64,000 nucleotides of DNA, taken from the NCBI GenBank assembly GCA_051362555.1, contig CM120646.1, positions 12,028,001 through 12,092,000 of the forward strand, read 5' to 3'. Numbering within the stretch: position 1 is the first letter of the stretch; each line of letters begins with the position of its first letter. A model generated the notes under the pieces. That model was not told where the DNA came from. It saw nothing but the letters and a program-made list of their open reading frames with translations, and made no database searches. A program made the translations under genes and the position numbers. The DNA is from Lingula anatina. Taxonomy: Eukaryota; Animalia; Brachiopoda. Below are positions 27,601-41,766 of this stretch, in pieces.

Positions 27601-30192
27601 TGGGAAGAGTTTTCAGTAATCTCTGAATTTTACGGCGAGGATCGTGTTCCTTAACATGAAATTATGTTTTTTAGTGTCATATTTTCTGACCTAACACAAA
27701 GATCAAATACTGCGAGTCTACCATGAATTAAAAAAAACGCGTGCCAGTATAACAAAACGGGGAATTCGTGACCGCACGTTGATTCTAGGACCATGCTTTG
27801 TAAGTCATTTTACAACCATGAAGAGCGCGTTCCCCTGCCTTATTTCCCTTAAATTGAACTTTTCTCTGGCGTGACCACGGACCTTGCTATTATTCAAGTC
27901 TTTGTTACCATTCCCCAACATACACCGTGCAAATAGCAATATTAATTATCGTCGTGAAATTAGATTGTTGAAGGCAATTTAAAAGTCATTAAAGGAAAGC
28001 CTACACGAGTGTCGGTGTAATTCTATACGCCCAGACTCACACCGGCTCCTCGGTATAACCCATACATCACGATAAACCCTTGAAAAAGATGGGTGTCACG
28101 CATCTAGGTTAGAACACTCAGCTACTGTAATACGCCTTCAACGTTGCAATATTTTTCAATTCTTTGTGATATTTTACTCTACTTAACTGTAACCTACTCC
28201 ATATTCTTGCACTTTTTTTATGATACTAGAAAAGTGGAGCAGTGAGGGGGGGTGGGGGTGCAAGGGATACCACTTAATAAAGTTGGACTTAGACTGTGTC
28301 AATGAACTTGGTTCTTAGGAGACGGTCTTTACCCTTACTGTTCACGTAACTGTAGCCCAAATCACAATGCAACGTTCACCGACTTATGTGTTTTTCTGAA
28401 TCAAACTACACCTCTCTATTATAAAAATGAATCTACCCTTTCAAATGAAATTTAAGTATATAAATAAATAAAAAAATAACGACATCATATATATAAACCA
28501 AGAAGTAAAAAGTAAATAAAAAACAACAACAAATGAATAGATTCATGTATTTGCAAATGAGAAACTGGGAAAATATGCACGGGCAATTTGTCGTCCACAA
28601 GTCGGTTTTGTAAAATTACATCTGCCAGTGCACATTCATACATAACACTCTAGTGAAGAGTGTGGCACCAACACGAGTATTTGTGCCATGTGTGGTCGGG
28701 CCCGAGTGGTCAAGGGACTTACTGGACACTTAGACGAATGTCTTATCCACCCAAGCTAGACAATTATTGTGACACCAATTTAGAACGCAAATGTATACGT
28801 GACTTAGTATTAGTGTTTAAAAGTAAAGAAGTTCGTCCCATATATATATTCGTCGAATATATATATTACGCGCTCTTTTTAATTCGTAGAATTTTCTGAC
28901 AAGCGGACATCCATCTCTAAATACTATTTGAAGGCTGTTTGAAACAATGCTCCAAACCTCGCACTTTGAATAGAAAGAGTAACAGTAACGAAAAGGAGTT
29001 CTCTTCTCTCTCTAAAACAAGAAACTGTACCTCGTTTTACGCTAAGTTATAACTGCTTTGCAAAGCGTCCACGCACAGCCCCGCTCGAATCACTTCTAAT
29101 TAACAGAAAAAAGAAATATTCGGGAGAAGTCGTAACTTGACGGGGGCGGGATAGGGCCACAGCTCGGCAAACGTGCCTGATCTGAATTTTTCGGGGAAAA
29201 AAACGGCAGCTAATGTCAACCGCTGCTATGCCCAGTTTAATTACGGGAGTAAAGTAATACCATAAAAAAACTACTTACAACAACCGTATAGCACTGTTGT
29301 TTTGGTCCTTGAGTCAGCAGTAAAGAGGAAAAGACCGTCTATGAGAATGGCGTCAGTTTTGGGAGCATTTTCCTCATTGCTCTGAATAGAGTCATTATGT
29401 GGGTAAAGTTTCTCTGGGATAAATATTTACGCACACGCAATCTAACGTATGGCTTTGAAGCGGACGGATTTTGATTAAATTATTGAAGAAAATGGCTAGT
29501 CTGTTTAAGGACTTTTTTGAGAGATAATCTAGCCTTATAAATTACCTAGAGCATTTCACTTGTTAGTGAGAAAAGAAAACAACGAAAAAACATCGAAATT
29601 AAGACACCGATGACAGACACGAGAGACAATCTCTCTCTCTCACTCTCTCTCTCGCTCCCTCTCTCGTTATGAAAAATAACAGCAGCTGTTTATTCTTTAT
29701 AATACTAGGATACTGGCATCAATACTCACTCGGGGATTTTGAGGTGGAATTCCCATTCACGTCCTTCGGCGAGCCTGCAGAGCGAATGGGCGGGGAACCC
29801 GTAATACTGTCATACGGCGACGAGTAACTCCCCAGCCCTCCGCCATGCGCGTGCCCAGGGGGGACGTGATAAGGCCCCAGTGAACCAGAGTCCGCACGCG
29901 TTTGCGAAGAACTAAGTCCAACGTGTCCCCCTCCTCCTCCCCCACTGCCATGACTACTCTGTAAATATTCCTGGTGTTCCCGCGTTAACTGCGGGCTTAA
30001 TCCGTTTGTCATGCCCGAGGGGTGCGGTAGACCCCATGGTTCTGTCCCGGCATAAGCAAAACTGCCCCCACTGTACAGGGTGGGCAAAGCAGAGGGTCTC
30101 TGTAGAGTCTGATGAAGGCTGTATGTGCTGGCTAGACTATGCGGGTAGTGATGGAGGGCGGGCGCTGTGTTCATGTACATTCTTTGGTCCAT
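8584..30192 (-). CDS. Mox: Mox/Meox homeobox transcription factor (~293 aa, 3 coding exons)
   Basis: Exons are 30192-29730 (MDQRMYMN...KSP, donor gtgagt), 19389-19211 ([49 protein letters not shown]) and 8823-8584 ([17 protein letters not shown]...); total 882 nt in frame. [25 protein letters not shown] and [14 protein letters not shown] are diagnostic of the Mox family. Introns are about 10.3 and 10.4 kb. Confidence 0.97.
13972..14069. repeat. ~100 bp imperfect palindrome rich in AACGTT (probable MITE remnant)
   Basis: gcaaacacagaacgttttaaaacgttaccataacgt ... acgttatggtaacgttttagtaacgttatgtgtttgc. Confidence 0.6.
14158..14373 (+). mobile_element. ~215 bp MITE, copy 1
   Basis: It has its own imperfect TIRs (tattcccatagattttagatcgatcta ... 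taggtcgatctaatctatggaaat). It is nearly identical to the reverse complement of 14605-14821 and similar to 48044-48270. Confidence 0.85.
14605..14821 (-). mobile_element. ~215 bp MITE, copy 2 (inverted relative to copy 1)
   Basis: Reverse complement of 14158-14373 with only a few mismatches. Confidence 0.85.
15155..15642. repeat. (CT)n(CA)n and (TG)n(AG)n compound microsatellites
   Basis: Directly visible at 15155-15257 and 15559-15642. Confidence 0.9.
19969..20135. mobile_element. Short MITE with CAGGCCCGTAGCCAG TIRs (hAT-like), candidate 5 bp TSD caagg
   Basis: caagg|caggcccgtagccag ... ctggctacgggcctg|caagg: a perfect 15 bp TIR. Confidence 0.8.
25436..26225. repeat. Tandem repeat, 211 bp unit, about 3.7 copies (Mox intron 1)
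   Basis: The motif ggacc(c)gccattttgaaaaagtc recurs at 25436, 25647, 25858 and 26069, with highly similar intervening sequence. Confidence 0.95.
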
Positions 30193-33100
30193 GGCTCAAA
30201 TGGCTTATGGACTGCCTGGAAAAAGTCTGGAGGGTGGTAAAAAATCCCGCGCTTCTCGACGACGGCGGCGGCTTTCATATAAAGTTATTATCTTTCGGTT
30301 GTGTGCTCTGAAACTGAAACAAGATTTAGAATTTTATCAGAATCAATTGTATGATAAACGATCTTAGGAAAATTAATATTATTTCGAATAATTGATAGTA
30401 TATGTAACTATACATATGTGCTCTTACTCCGGACTTCAAATAACAATTTTACAACAACTTGGTGATAAACGTGTAAATCATGAATGATTTCTGAGGCGAC
30501 ACCCAATATTTATTCAACAAATCTCATAAGACTGCAATATCAACAGACTTTGATACAACATTTTAAACATTACGTTTTAATGGGGTTCATACTTTGTACT
30601 GCGCTTAAAGAGATCTGGACCGTTTGTGGCTTTATTGTAACGTTTTGAAATTACGTGACTGTTTAAGGAATTGTTTAGTTTCAGTAACAGACGGAAAACT
30701 CTATTTAACCCCAGACTTTTGTACCCCAAACTCTATTTCGAAGAGCATCTTTGAATGATCTTTAAATTGCTGCAACAACGTAAAGTGAGAGAGAGACGTT
30801 TCTTTAAAGTTGGGTTAAAAAATTCAGCCCAATTCCCGAAGTTATTCTTGCTATGTACAACTGTGATGGCAACGTAATGAACCCACTGTAATTTAGAGTC
30901 CGTGGCTGACTGCAAAACAACGATTATGGAAAGAGGAAACTAGCCAGAGAACGTTCTCTCTTCTGAAAGAAGTCGAAAACAAAGGTGCATCACCGAAGGC
31001 ATTTTCGTCTGACCAATCTGGGCTAATTATATTTACATCACTCTTATTCAAACTTCATGTTTACAAACAACCCCGTTTGGCTGTGGAGCACCATTGTGAT
31101 AAGGGTGATGTTTTGTAATACAGGGATACTACCACAGAACCCATCAACTCGTTTACTTACCTTACAATATGAAGTAATTACTACATGTATGCATGTGATA
31201 TTCCCCCAGCAACAAGGAAATCTTGGGGAAGCAAGGCAACCTAATCAACCACATCATTAAAAGCGGCGTTTTTCAGACATTAAACAACCTTATATCCCAA
31301 AGAAAATCCTGGAGCTAATTAGCCAGTGTTGTGGTTGTCTCAGCCGCCGTATATCTCAAATGAAAGGAGTTTTCCAACCACTATGAACCGAACATGGCTA
31401 CAACGTTACGAGCCGAAAATAAGGGGCAGGTATCGGGAATCCCCCCTCTTACTCGCTAGTCCAGACTGCTTGGCGCCAGTGCCACAAATCACACTTGGAA
31501 AAACTACGGCGTACTTACTGTAATCTATAATTGCAGTTCCAGCTTTCCTCGGGCCTCTGATGGGGCTTAATTGCAAGACCACTCGACTTCCCCCAGCGGT
31601 TTCGAACGCTTTTCTCAGTAAGTTCAGCTGTCAAAGCGGTATTTAACTTAAACAGTAATCGGTTCTGCTGAAAGAATCGCCGGGATAATAAGGGACTCGG
31701 TTGTCAGGCCGGAATTTACCTTAAGCCTATCGCTCCTCCGGCTTTCTGGCGAAACCTTTTGAAATAGTAACCTTATCTGAAACTACCAGATGGTTTCTTG
31801 ACTATACCGCGGTGCTCGGTGTCGTTTTGGGTCGGCTACTGTCAAGCTCAGTTCTTAAATTGAACCAGCGTTCTCACACTCGCGCACAGACAGCGGCAGC
31901 TGCCTTTCGAGGATTTACTGCGCTTTCCAAAATGACTTGGAAGGTTCCATTTTGCTCGCAGGGGTGAGGGGTCAGCACTTACTCCTACACGCGCGTCCAA
32001 TTGGACAGGAGAGTATGTACTCTTGCGTGAAGCTGTCTCTACAGGCGCTTTTAAGTGCCGTTGTTTATAACATTATCTAGCACCACTTTTCTTTAAGAGA
32101 CTCGATTTTTTTAAAATGTTGTCTCCGTTTCAAAAGGTTCCCTTGTCTGTTAGCAAAAAAGGGCCGTTCATCATTATAAATTAGCTTCAATATTCATTGA
32201 ATTAACTAAACCATTAAAAGAGCTGAACTTTGGCCCATACAGCAGATGTGTATTCTCGGGTTTAACAGTCAACAATTAATCATAAATAGCATAGAAAATA
32301 CATTTTTCATAATATTACCTTAATTCTATAAATTATTTAACAATCCATTTTAAACGAAATGTACATATCTGACGTGCCCATAATAATGGACAGGCCTATG
32401 AAAGAAAAACAAAAGGCTACACATTTTATTTCTTTAAGATCAGCTCTTTGCACAAATTTTTTTGGTACTGGGCTCTGTATACTGAAGGACAGATAATGTA
32501 TATTTAACGTCATTTTAGAGGGAAAAAAAGAAGAAGAAGAAGAGGAGAAATAGATCTCACAAAATCACAGCATTTAAATAAAAAAAAAAAAAACACGATA
32601 ATTCTATGCTCATTATATAAATATAATTGTAAATTCATAAAAGGGGACTTCAGGTATCCCCACCAATAAGCATTGAAACAATCAAGCGTTGTTTCCTGAC
32701 TCTCCAGAATATACCGTATTACAACTTTTATTTTAAACATCGCAAGAGTTGATAATCTGTTGAAATGAAAATGAGAACCGCCCTGACAACTTCACAGATT
32801 CCACGTGGTACGACATGTAAATATACTGAAAAAATTGTCAGGTTCTATCAGGTTTCAATTTTAACTGAACACTATTTACAAGGGAAAGTAATAACATGGT
32901 TTTTAGAAAGATATTACGTAAATCATTGCCATTGCCTAAAAGAATCTGATGGCCGAATTCGACGTTCCTGGAATGACTAAAATGATTTTTTACTACACAT
33001 CTTATAGTGTTCAATCTGTTAAAGCATTACTTTATCATACACATTGTTAATTTCTAACAGGTGTTTTACAAAGCGATAATTAGATCACCTTTTGATGGCG

Positions 33101-36100
33101 CAAGCTTTATTAAATTGTTTGCTGTTCAAGACTCGCTCCAAAAATGCGGTTGCCTCTTCATTTATTTGCTATCTTTCATCTCTCGAAAGGAAAAAATATA
33201 TAAGAAACTCAAAGCAATTCTTCTCAATCTGTGGCACATGTAGAAACAATGATAGTAAAGTCCCACCTTCAAGGTGAATCACTCATCATTCACGGAAATT
33301 GATGCTCTTGCTGACCGCATGGAACCAAAGCCTAGATTTTATCACTGCAAGGATCGTTACCATCGAGTCGGCTCATTTAGCAACACCGTGAAAATTTATG
33401 TTCTGTAGTATCTCGAGTAACGTTGACGGCTATATCCCCCGCCATCGTTACGTCATACGTTGTGTGAGGTCTATTACGTCACCTGAACAGGTGGGCGGGT
33501 GGGGTACTTATGGGATGGATACTTCGGGATACATGTGGTTTTCATTGAGGCTTCACTCCCATGGGACAGTCCGTCAATCTTTGAACCCCAGTTCACTGCT
33601 CACTGTTGAAATGCCTCCAACTAAGCGGTGGTATTTGTATTGTGTCCAGTAAGCAAATGCGGTTTTCGAAAACAGGGACATGCATACTACAGCAGCAACT
33701 GTCTTTTGGTGTAAGACATCTGTTTAGAGTAGTGGACAAATTAAAGAACTTGAGGTTGTTCCTTTGGACCGCTGTGTGTTCATAAATTAGGACGGGCGAA
33801 AAATCGGCGGTAGAGCGAAACAGACGCGTTTTCCATGAGGTCGCGTGTGAACGACCTCCATATTACGTGTAAATTTTAGACGATGTGTGAAATCGACACT
33901 GTGTTTTCGGTGCAAAGCACATCAAGGAAAGAATGCTAATTATTCCGGGAGGGGGAAAACACTTGTTGTGTATGTGACGGTTCGAAGGACGAGTTTGACA
34001 ACACACAAAGAAAAAGTGTCAATTAGTACGTAGAATAAAACGTTTTGACGAATTTTTAATTAATTGTTTTCCTCTTCTGTTTGGCGACATGGATTCAATA
34101 AAAGCCGTTAATTTTATTTGGAACACGATTGCTTCAAGCTTAAAATGCAACTCCTATTAATTTTATAAACAAAAACAAAATATTTAAATTCTCACAATGG
34201 TTAAAAAGCAATTTCTTAAAGAGGCACAAAAAGTGACAATAATAAGAATAATCGTTTAAACGCTCAATTGTCCATGGCGCGATTCGGCCCACTTTCATAT
34301 GACGACAGTACTTGAATTTGGTTGTAAACTTTCAGAGCTGACGGGTGATAGCAGCGTCTAACTCTACGTCATTCATAACGGCATAAACTAAGTATCAAAG
34401 GAAGTCCGATACATTTATTTAGAGTATTAATATCAATTTAAAATCAAGTGCATTCAAAAGATAATGTGGTTAAATCAGAAATAAAAACAAACAACTTATT
34501 TTATTAAAAGAGCATCCTTTTTATCATCATTACTCGAGACAAAAATAAGAAAAGTAAACTCAAAAAGCGTTTATATACTTTGATTTTTTCGACAATTACG
34601 ATGAGCAGGATATGCCTTTACCTTGGCAATAAATGAATGATGTGCGAATTTTTCGGAAAAAACAGTATTTTATAATATAAAGGTCTAACACGCACTACTT
34701 GTATTTACCTTTACAATCAATAGGGTCCAGAAACATCTACACCCAAAATGTCATCCACTGTATCTTAAAGATGGGGACAAGTTTAAGATTTCGTGTCAAG
34801 AAAATGTTGGTAGTTCTTGTACAAAAGCAGAAAAAAAAAACATGTGGTCAACTTTCTAAAGAGAAGTGCAAGGGGCTTAAAGCGGTGCAAAGAAACGCCT
34901 GTATATTGACACCCAGGGTGTTCAAAAAGTGATCGTGTTGCTTTTTTTGGCTCTCTGAACGCTAATGAGTTTCCCAGTGATTCGCATCTGAGTCTGTTGA
35001 TCCGTGACCTGCGGGCCAGCTGTACACGAACATGTGAACCCTCTTGGGAGCATGCGCAGTCGAGCGGAACAGAAAGGTGTGAAAATTACCTCCATGTGTT
35101 GAAGGGGAGTCAATAGAGGATATGTCACATCAATTCAATTGTGCGATAATTCAAACGTGAGCGGAGATGAGGAAAATAGAAGACACAGAACTAAGTTTCT
35201 TGAAGTATATAAAATAGGCGTCGGTAATATATGTAAACTATATTAAGCTTGTTTGTCATGTCTTTCGTGGAATCCTGTGTTTCTGCCAATGCTAGCAGCG
35301 TTCTAGCTTTAATTCAATATGAACAGTAACCACCTGACGATATAACTGTGATTTAAAACTCACTAGTAGGGCGTTGTCTGTTTTACCACCATTACACAAC
35401 TAAAGAAGGGTCCAACTACAATAAAATAGTTGTAACCTCTAAATCTTTTGCCATCCAACATAAAAAACATTACAAAAATCAGCTTTTTTCTTTTTTGGCC
35501 AGGTGAATTACAGGGCTAGGAAAGACTGAGCTTTCTGTTTTGTTTCTTGATTTCTATACAGTTTTTCTTGGGTAAAAGAGGTCGACCAGGTTAGTATATG
35601 CAACAAAGACGATCTCTGAATACACATCCGATGAAAATTCCGTTGACTCTCAATGGTCATTTCAGCTGAGGTTCAGCTTGCTGTGGAATAGTGCCTTTTT
35701 ATTTAGATTTTTTCGTTAAATTTTACTTCAGCTTTATCACTCTGAGTTAATTCTGTACTTTATATTTTCGTTTCTTGTCTTATTGCCAACGTGTGGGGTC
35801 AACGTAATAAGAAATTGAAGACCCAGAGTTAGAAAGGTGGCATAACAACACTCGCTTTCCCTGTTTTATTTTTCTATTGATCACCGAAGCGTCGCAAACT
35901 AACTTTTCGTCAGGAATAATAGGAACCGAGGGAAAGTGATTGCGTATGGATGGCCCGGAAAGTGGCCTTGACATTTCAACACATCAGCCCGAGCTACACA
36001 GTAAGTACCCCGTTCAGCCAATCTAAGATCTAATAAACGATTAGAAATATTATAAATATTAGATCTTAGAGCCAATGCATTAAACCCAAACCGGTTTAGG

Positions 36101-37092
36101 TCCAGATTAATCCACAAGAAAATAATTATTTTAAAATCTGTGGGCTCATCAGTAAATTGTTTGTAAATAGACAGCAGTGAACGTGAACGTGATTGATCAA
36201 TATTCTTTAGTAAATAGTTCATCTAGGGCTTACCACTTAATGTTAATTGACTGTGAAACGTGTAACAGAATTAAAGACTTGGGTGTGTGAGAACGAACCC
36301 ATTCTGCTGTACGTTATTATTGATTATTTTAGCAATAATACATATTTAGCTACATTTAGGTTTGGGAACGACGACGAACTTGAAGTTTATTCCACTGCAA
36401 TTATTATAAACCAATTATTTTAATAAAACCATTATACCCAAAAAGAAGAGAAACATTTGATACTCGAATGTAAGTTGTAGTTTGCCAACGGGTTCCAATT
36501 ATCATTTAGTGTGTATGTTTGTGTGTGTGTATGTTCTTGTGTGTCAGTGAGTGAAAGAGCTATTCGTCAAACATGCAGACCCTTCTTTATTTACTCTCCC
36601 CCCTTATCTGGAATGCCGATCCTTCTTTTTACAAGAGTTGTTAAGTCATTCATAGCGCAAATGGACATAAGTTCTACTGGAAGCTATTATGTCACCAAAT
36701 CTGGTTGTTAAAATAAAATATTAACCAGTGAACAATTTCTAGCAGCGCCTTGAACATCGCAAATGCGGTAGGTGAGAGATGTTTCTGGGCTTACGATGAG
36801 AAATTCTCAATCGCGCAGAACTGCTACTTTATTCAATAAAACATGGTCTAAATTATACATCGTTTAAATTTCTGTTATTATTTGTAATATATTTATATTT
36901 ATAACAATTTCATCAGTTGGTATATAATATTGAGCCTTTGATGAACGCATAAGTAGCTTTCTCAGAAATGTGACCCCAACAAAATCATTTCACCCCTCAC
37001 TAACAAAAGTATTTATCCCATTTCTTTTTATTCTAACATGTATTACTAAAACTGTTCCAGATAAGCAAAAAAATGAAGGTTTGTTGAGTGTC

Positions 37093-37380
37093 ATAAGGCG
37101 TGGTTTCTGAATATTGACGTCTGTCATGGGGATGTCCTTTTTTCATTCGTAGCTTAATCATCCGTGGGAAGACGTTCCTGGTATACCAGTTTTGTATGAG
37201 CTAAGCCCTGTCTCTGAGTATTGAAGTCTGTTATGGGAGTGGTCATACCATACATTACATCATCCGTGGGTGCAAGCTGCTCACACACCAGTTCTATAAA
37301 TGCTAAGGCGTGGTCTCTGAATATTGAAGTCAATTATGGGCGTGGTCATGTTTTCATACATTACATCATCTGTGGGCACA
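37093..37380. repeat. Degenerate ~105 bp tandem repeat x3, just 3' of the Ldh_2 stop codon
   Basis: A taaggcgtggt(t/c)tctgaatattga motif recurs near 37093, 37202 and 37304, each followed by a catccgtggg-like motif. Confidence 0.65.
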
Positions 37381-37385
37381 CTTTC

Positions 37386-37556
37386 CTAACGAAGAGGCTT
37401 TATATGAGCAACCTTCACTTTGTCAGCCACAGTGTTCTGAAAATACATCATTTAATGTTATCAAAAATATAAACGTTAAATATCGATTTCTTTCCAACAA
37501 CTTTTATTTATCAAGCGTTTACTTTTCTATTTCATTTTTTTCTTCCTAAGGTGGAC

Positions 37557-37592
<36 letters not shown>

Positions 37593-39098
37593 CAAAAATT
37601 ACCAGGAATTCTATTTGATTAGGATGATACTCAATACCGCCCTGAGCATCACATTTCTCCATGTGAAGCCTCTCGGGATCTCCAGCTACCAGAACCGGTT
37701 TATCTTCTGTTGCCTGGTGTGCAGTAAAAGCATAAAATTCACATAAAGTATCGTAACGCAATGTGGTTATTGTGACGCAACGTCGGGGATTTTTGGACTG
37801 TATCGGGCCTTATATTATAACAACCCCCCCAAAAAAAAAAAATCCAGGACAAAACGTAACTGTACAAAATTGCTTTAATTCTTGTACAACCAATTCACAT
37901 GATAATGTATTGTAAAATAAGCATACATTGCGATTTTTTTCTACTTGTGTAAAATGTGACGTACGTGAATTGCTTGATTGGTGCTGTGGCAGATTTACTT
38001 ACTGGCTGCAACTGCCGACAGATGCTCATGATATCGCTCATTCTACCGCTGAACCCAGGAGCGAACACATCCGGGTCAATGGCTATGAAACACTGGCCCT
38101 GTAAACGCGTGGTTATGTGACATAATGATGTGACGTCATGATGTGACGTCAGCCATGAAATACACGTGACGTAACGTAGAAGTACAACATTCCTGTTTCT
38201 ATGTAAATTCACTTACAAAGTATATAGATCGTTGTTTGATGCTTGTTAACTACAGTAAGATCTTATGGCAAAAAATAAATGAGCTAAGAGCTCTTAATTT
38301 TACGACATTGGCCAAGGTTCATGTACTAGTTAAGTAAGCACACAGACGTTCTAGGTTTTTTCAGATATTATACATAACGCAAATAACAGCTTTGGTAACT
38401 TTTAAAAAAATATATGCAAATTATATGGCACCATCGATTGGATTCTAAAAGCCCATATGCCCATATTTATAAGCATCCATAACGATTGGAGAATGATATA
38501 CTGAGCATAAATATTTTGTGGGTAACTGTTTTCAAAGATAATTACCAAATTTGCCCGCGCACCTTGCGACTGCCATTTCCTAATGTTTGGTCCGTAGTAG
38601 GCCCCCGAAGTTATCCCACACAGCACCTCTACCATTAATGCCAGACCGTAGCCCTTGTATCCACCTTATTGGAATAATGTTTATTCTTTTAAGAATCAAA
38701 AGATAAAAGAATTTTTAAAAAATAACATGATCAAAAAGTACTGTAGTTTGAGTACGACCGTACATGTATACACTTATTGGGGCGTGGCAAATTATCGTGC
38801 CATTTGACAATGGTTAATTTCGTTAATAGAAACGTAAATTTAAAAAAATTTTTAAATTTATTGTGAAATTCCATAAATTTCATTATTGTAATACAGCAGG
38901 TGTGATGGCCTAGTGCTTAGCACGCTTGATTCAGGTGTGAGGGGTCCCGGGTTCAAATCCTGTAGTCGCGACTTATCATTCTGGTAAACATGTAAAACCT
39001 GTACTACCTGTATCATGCGGGGGGTCAGGACCTGACAGCAACCTGACTAGGAGTTAGGGTAACTCTACACAAAAAACCCAAGTTAGGATAACTCTACA

Positions 39099-39133
<35 letters not shown>

Positions 39134-41734
39134 CCACCTTAGTAGCAAAAATCCAGCCGGATCATAAGGCTAGCGGAGAAAAACTTATACAAACATAGGG
39201 CAGGCAATGAAACGACCAACAAACACACCACCTCCAGTACCCAGCCGCACAAACGCCCTGAACTTAGGAATTCAGGTATATGCACCAACATCAAGCAGAC
39301 CAGATGAAGAAGTAGAACAACTGTATGAAGAAGTACAACGTCAGTTGACAACAGACTGCCACTACCACATAGTCATGGGTGTTTCAACGCCAAGATCGGG
39401 ATAAAGTCAGACGAAAAAGAGCGTGCCACAGGGAAATTTGGCAGCGGAGAGAGGAATGAAAGAGGAGACTTACTGATTGGGCGACAGCAAATAACCTGAA
39501 GATCATGAATACCGTCTACAAGAAGAAGATATCAAGAAGATGGACATGGCAAAGCTCAGACGGATGTACAAGAAACGAAATTGATTACATCATGACAAAC
39601 AGACCGAACATCTTCACGGATGTGAAAGTGCTAAACAGACTGGATGCGGGCAGTGACCACAGAGCAGTTATGGGAGTGATTAGGATCAATGTCAGGAAAG
39701 ACAGACAGAAATGCCTGTCAAATCCATCAAAGAGACCTAGTACCGAGCAACTGGACATAAAGAAAGACGAGTTCCAAATCCTCCTTACGAACAGATTCAG
39801 TGCACTAGAGCTAGAAGGTGAAGATGGAGTAGATGAAATGAACGATATAATAAAGACCACCATCCTAGAATGAAATGCCCGCATCGGTCTGTTTGTCATC
39901 AGAAGTCGCACCGGCCAGTAAAATGAAGGACTCAAAGCTCTCAACAGAAACGAGGATTCTCATGAAGAAAAGACGGATGATGAAGAAAATGGAGGTAAAC
40001 AACAACAGGGACATCAGAAACAACATCGAATATGCAGAACTGGATAAGACCATCAAGAAGAAGGCAAGTGAAGACCAGGAAGCTGAACATGAAGAAGATA
40101 GCAGAGACCATCGAAAATGGAAAGAGCAAAGAGATCCTTTTAGACCAGATATTTAGAACGAGTAGAAGAATTCTATGTAGTATGACAGTTGTATGACAGC
40201 AACAAGGGAATAGAAATCTCAACAAAGGCATGCGATCTACCAGACATAACAGCTTGGGAAGTAGAGTCAGCAGTCCAGAAAATGAAGAACGGGAAGGCAG
40301 CAGGAAATGACAACATCAAAGCAGAAATGGTAAAAGCAGGAGGAGATATCCTATCTCAGGAATTAGCCAGGCTCTTCACAAAGTGCTTACATCCGAAGAA
40401 AATTCCTGTAGCATGGAAGAACGCCAACATGATCATAATGTTCAAAAAGGGCAATAGGAAAGACATAAAGAATTACAGACCCATCTGCCTACTTTCTAAT
40501 TTGTACAAGATTAACACCAAAATATTGACCGAAAGGCTAACAAGACAACTAGATGAAGCGCAGCCAAAGGAACAAGCAGGTTTCAGAGGCCAGTACACCA
40601 CTGCACACTGTCAACCAGCTCAAAGAGAAATGTCTCGAGTATAACATCCCACTATGCGTAGCATTCGTTGATTATGAAAAAGCCTTCGACTCAGTAGAAA
40701 CCCAGTATATACTGGCATCCCTGCAAGATCTAGGGAGACGTCCTCAGAGACATATACACCGATAGCTCTGTAACAGTCAAACTACACAAGACCACCAATA
40801 AGATCAGGATCAAGAAAGGTGTACGCCAAGGAGATACAATCTCTCCTAAACTGTTCACAGCAGCATTGGAACGTATATTCAGGGATCTAGACTGACAGGA
40901 CAAGGGCATAAACATAGACGGTACCAGGCTCAATCAACTTAGGTTTGCAGACGACATCATAATAGTTGCAGATGATGCAAAAGACCTCGAAGAAATGCTA
41001 CAGGCGTTAGCAGATGAAAGCGCAAAAAGTGGGCTAAAGATGAACACCAGCAAGACAAAGGTGATGTTTGGACCACTAACCACCCCTTGCACAGTGAAGG
41101 TCAACACCAAAGAGATAGAAGGAGTAGAAGAGTATATATACCTTGGGCAACGGTTCAGCCTTAGTGATCGAACACTGGAGAAAGAAATCCAACGAAGGAT
41201 AAAAGCAGGATGGGCAGCATATGGGAAGCACAATGACACCTTCAAGAGCAACCTTCCTACCTGCCTGAAAAAGAAAGTGTTCAATGCTTGTGTGCTGCCG
41301 GCAATCACCTATGGTTCAGAGACCTGGGCACTGAATGCTTCCATGGAACACAAGCTACAAGTAGCTCAGAGAAAGATGGAAAGAATTATGTTGAACATCA
41401 GTCCAAGAGAGCGGAAAAAGAATGTATGGTTACGTGAACAGACCAAAGTTAAGGACGTACTGCTCACAGTTAAAGAAATGAAATGGAGGTGGGCAGGACA
41501 TGTCAAAAGAATGAAGGACAATAGGTGGACAATCAGGCTTACAGAATGGACCCCAAGGTATGGACAAAGAAAAAGAGGAAGGCCGGTCAAACGATGGAGG
41601 GATGAATTAGATGACTACTGGAAGTCTTGGAAGAAGAAACCTTGGCCAAACTGGAAATCCAAAGCTCAGGATAGGAAACAATGGAAAAAGCATGCTGAGG
41701 CCTTTGTCCAACAGTGGAACACTATAGGCTCTAA

Positions 41735-41766
<32 letters not shown>

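Noticed and set aside
38896-38970. Functional tRNA gene
   Set aside because: The acceptor and anticodon stems pair poorly, there is no oligo-T terminator, and it is fused to retroelement sequence.
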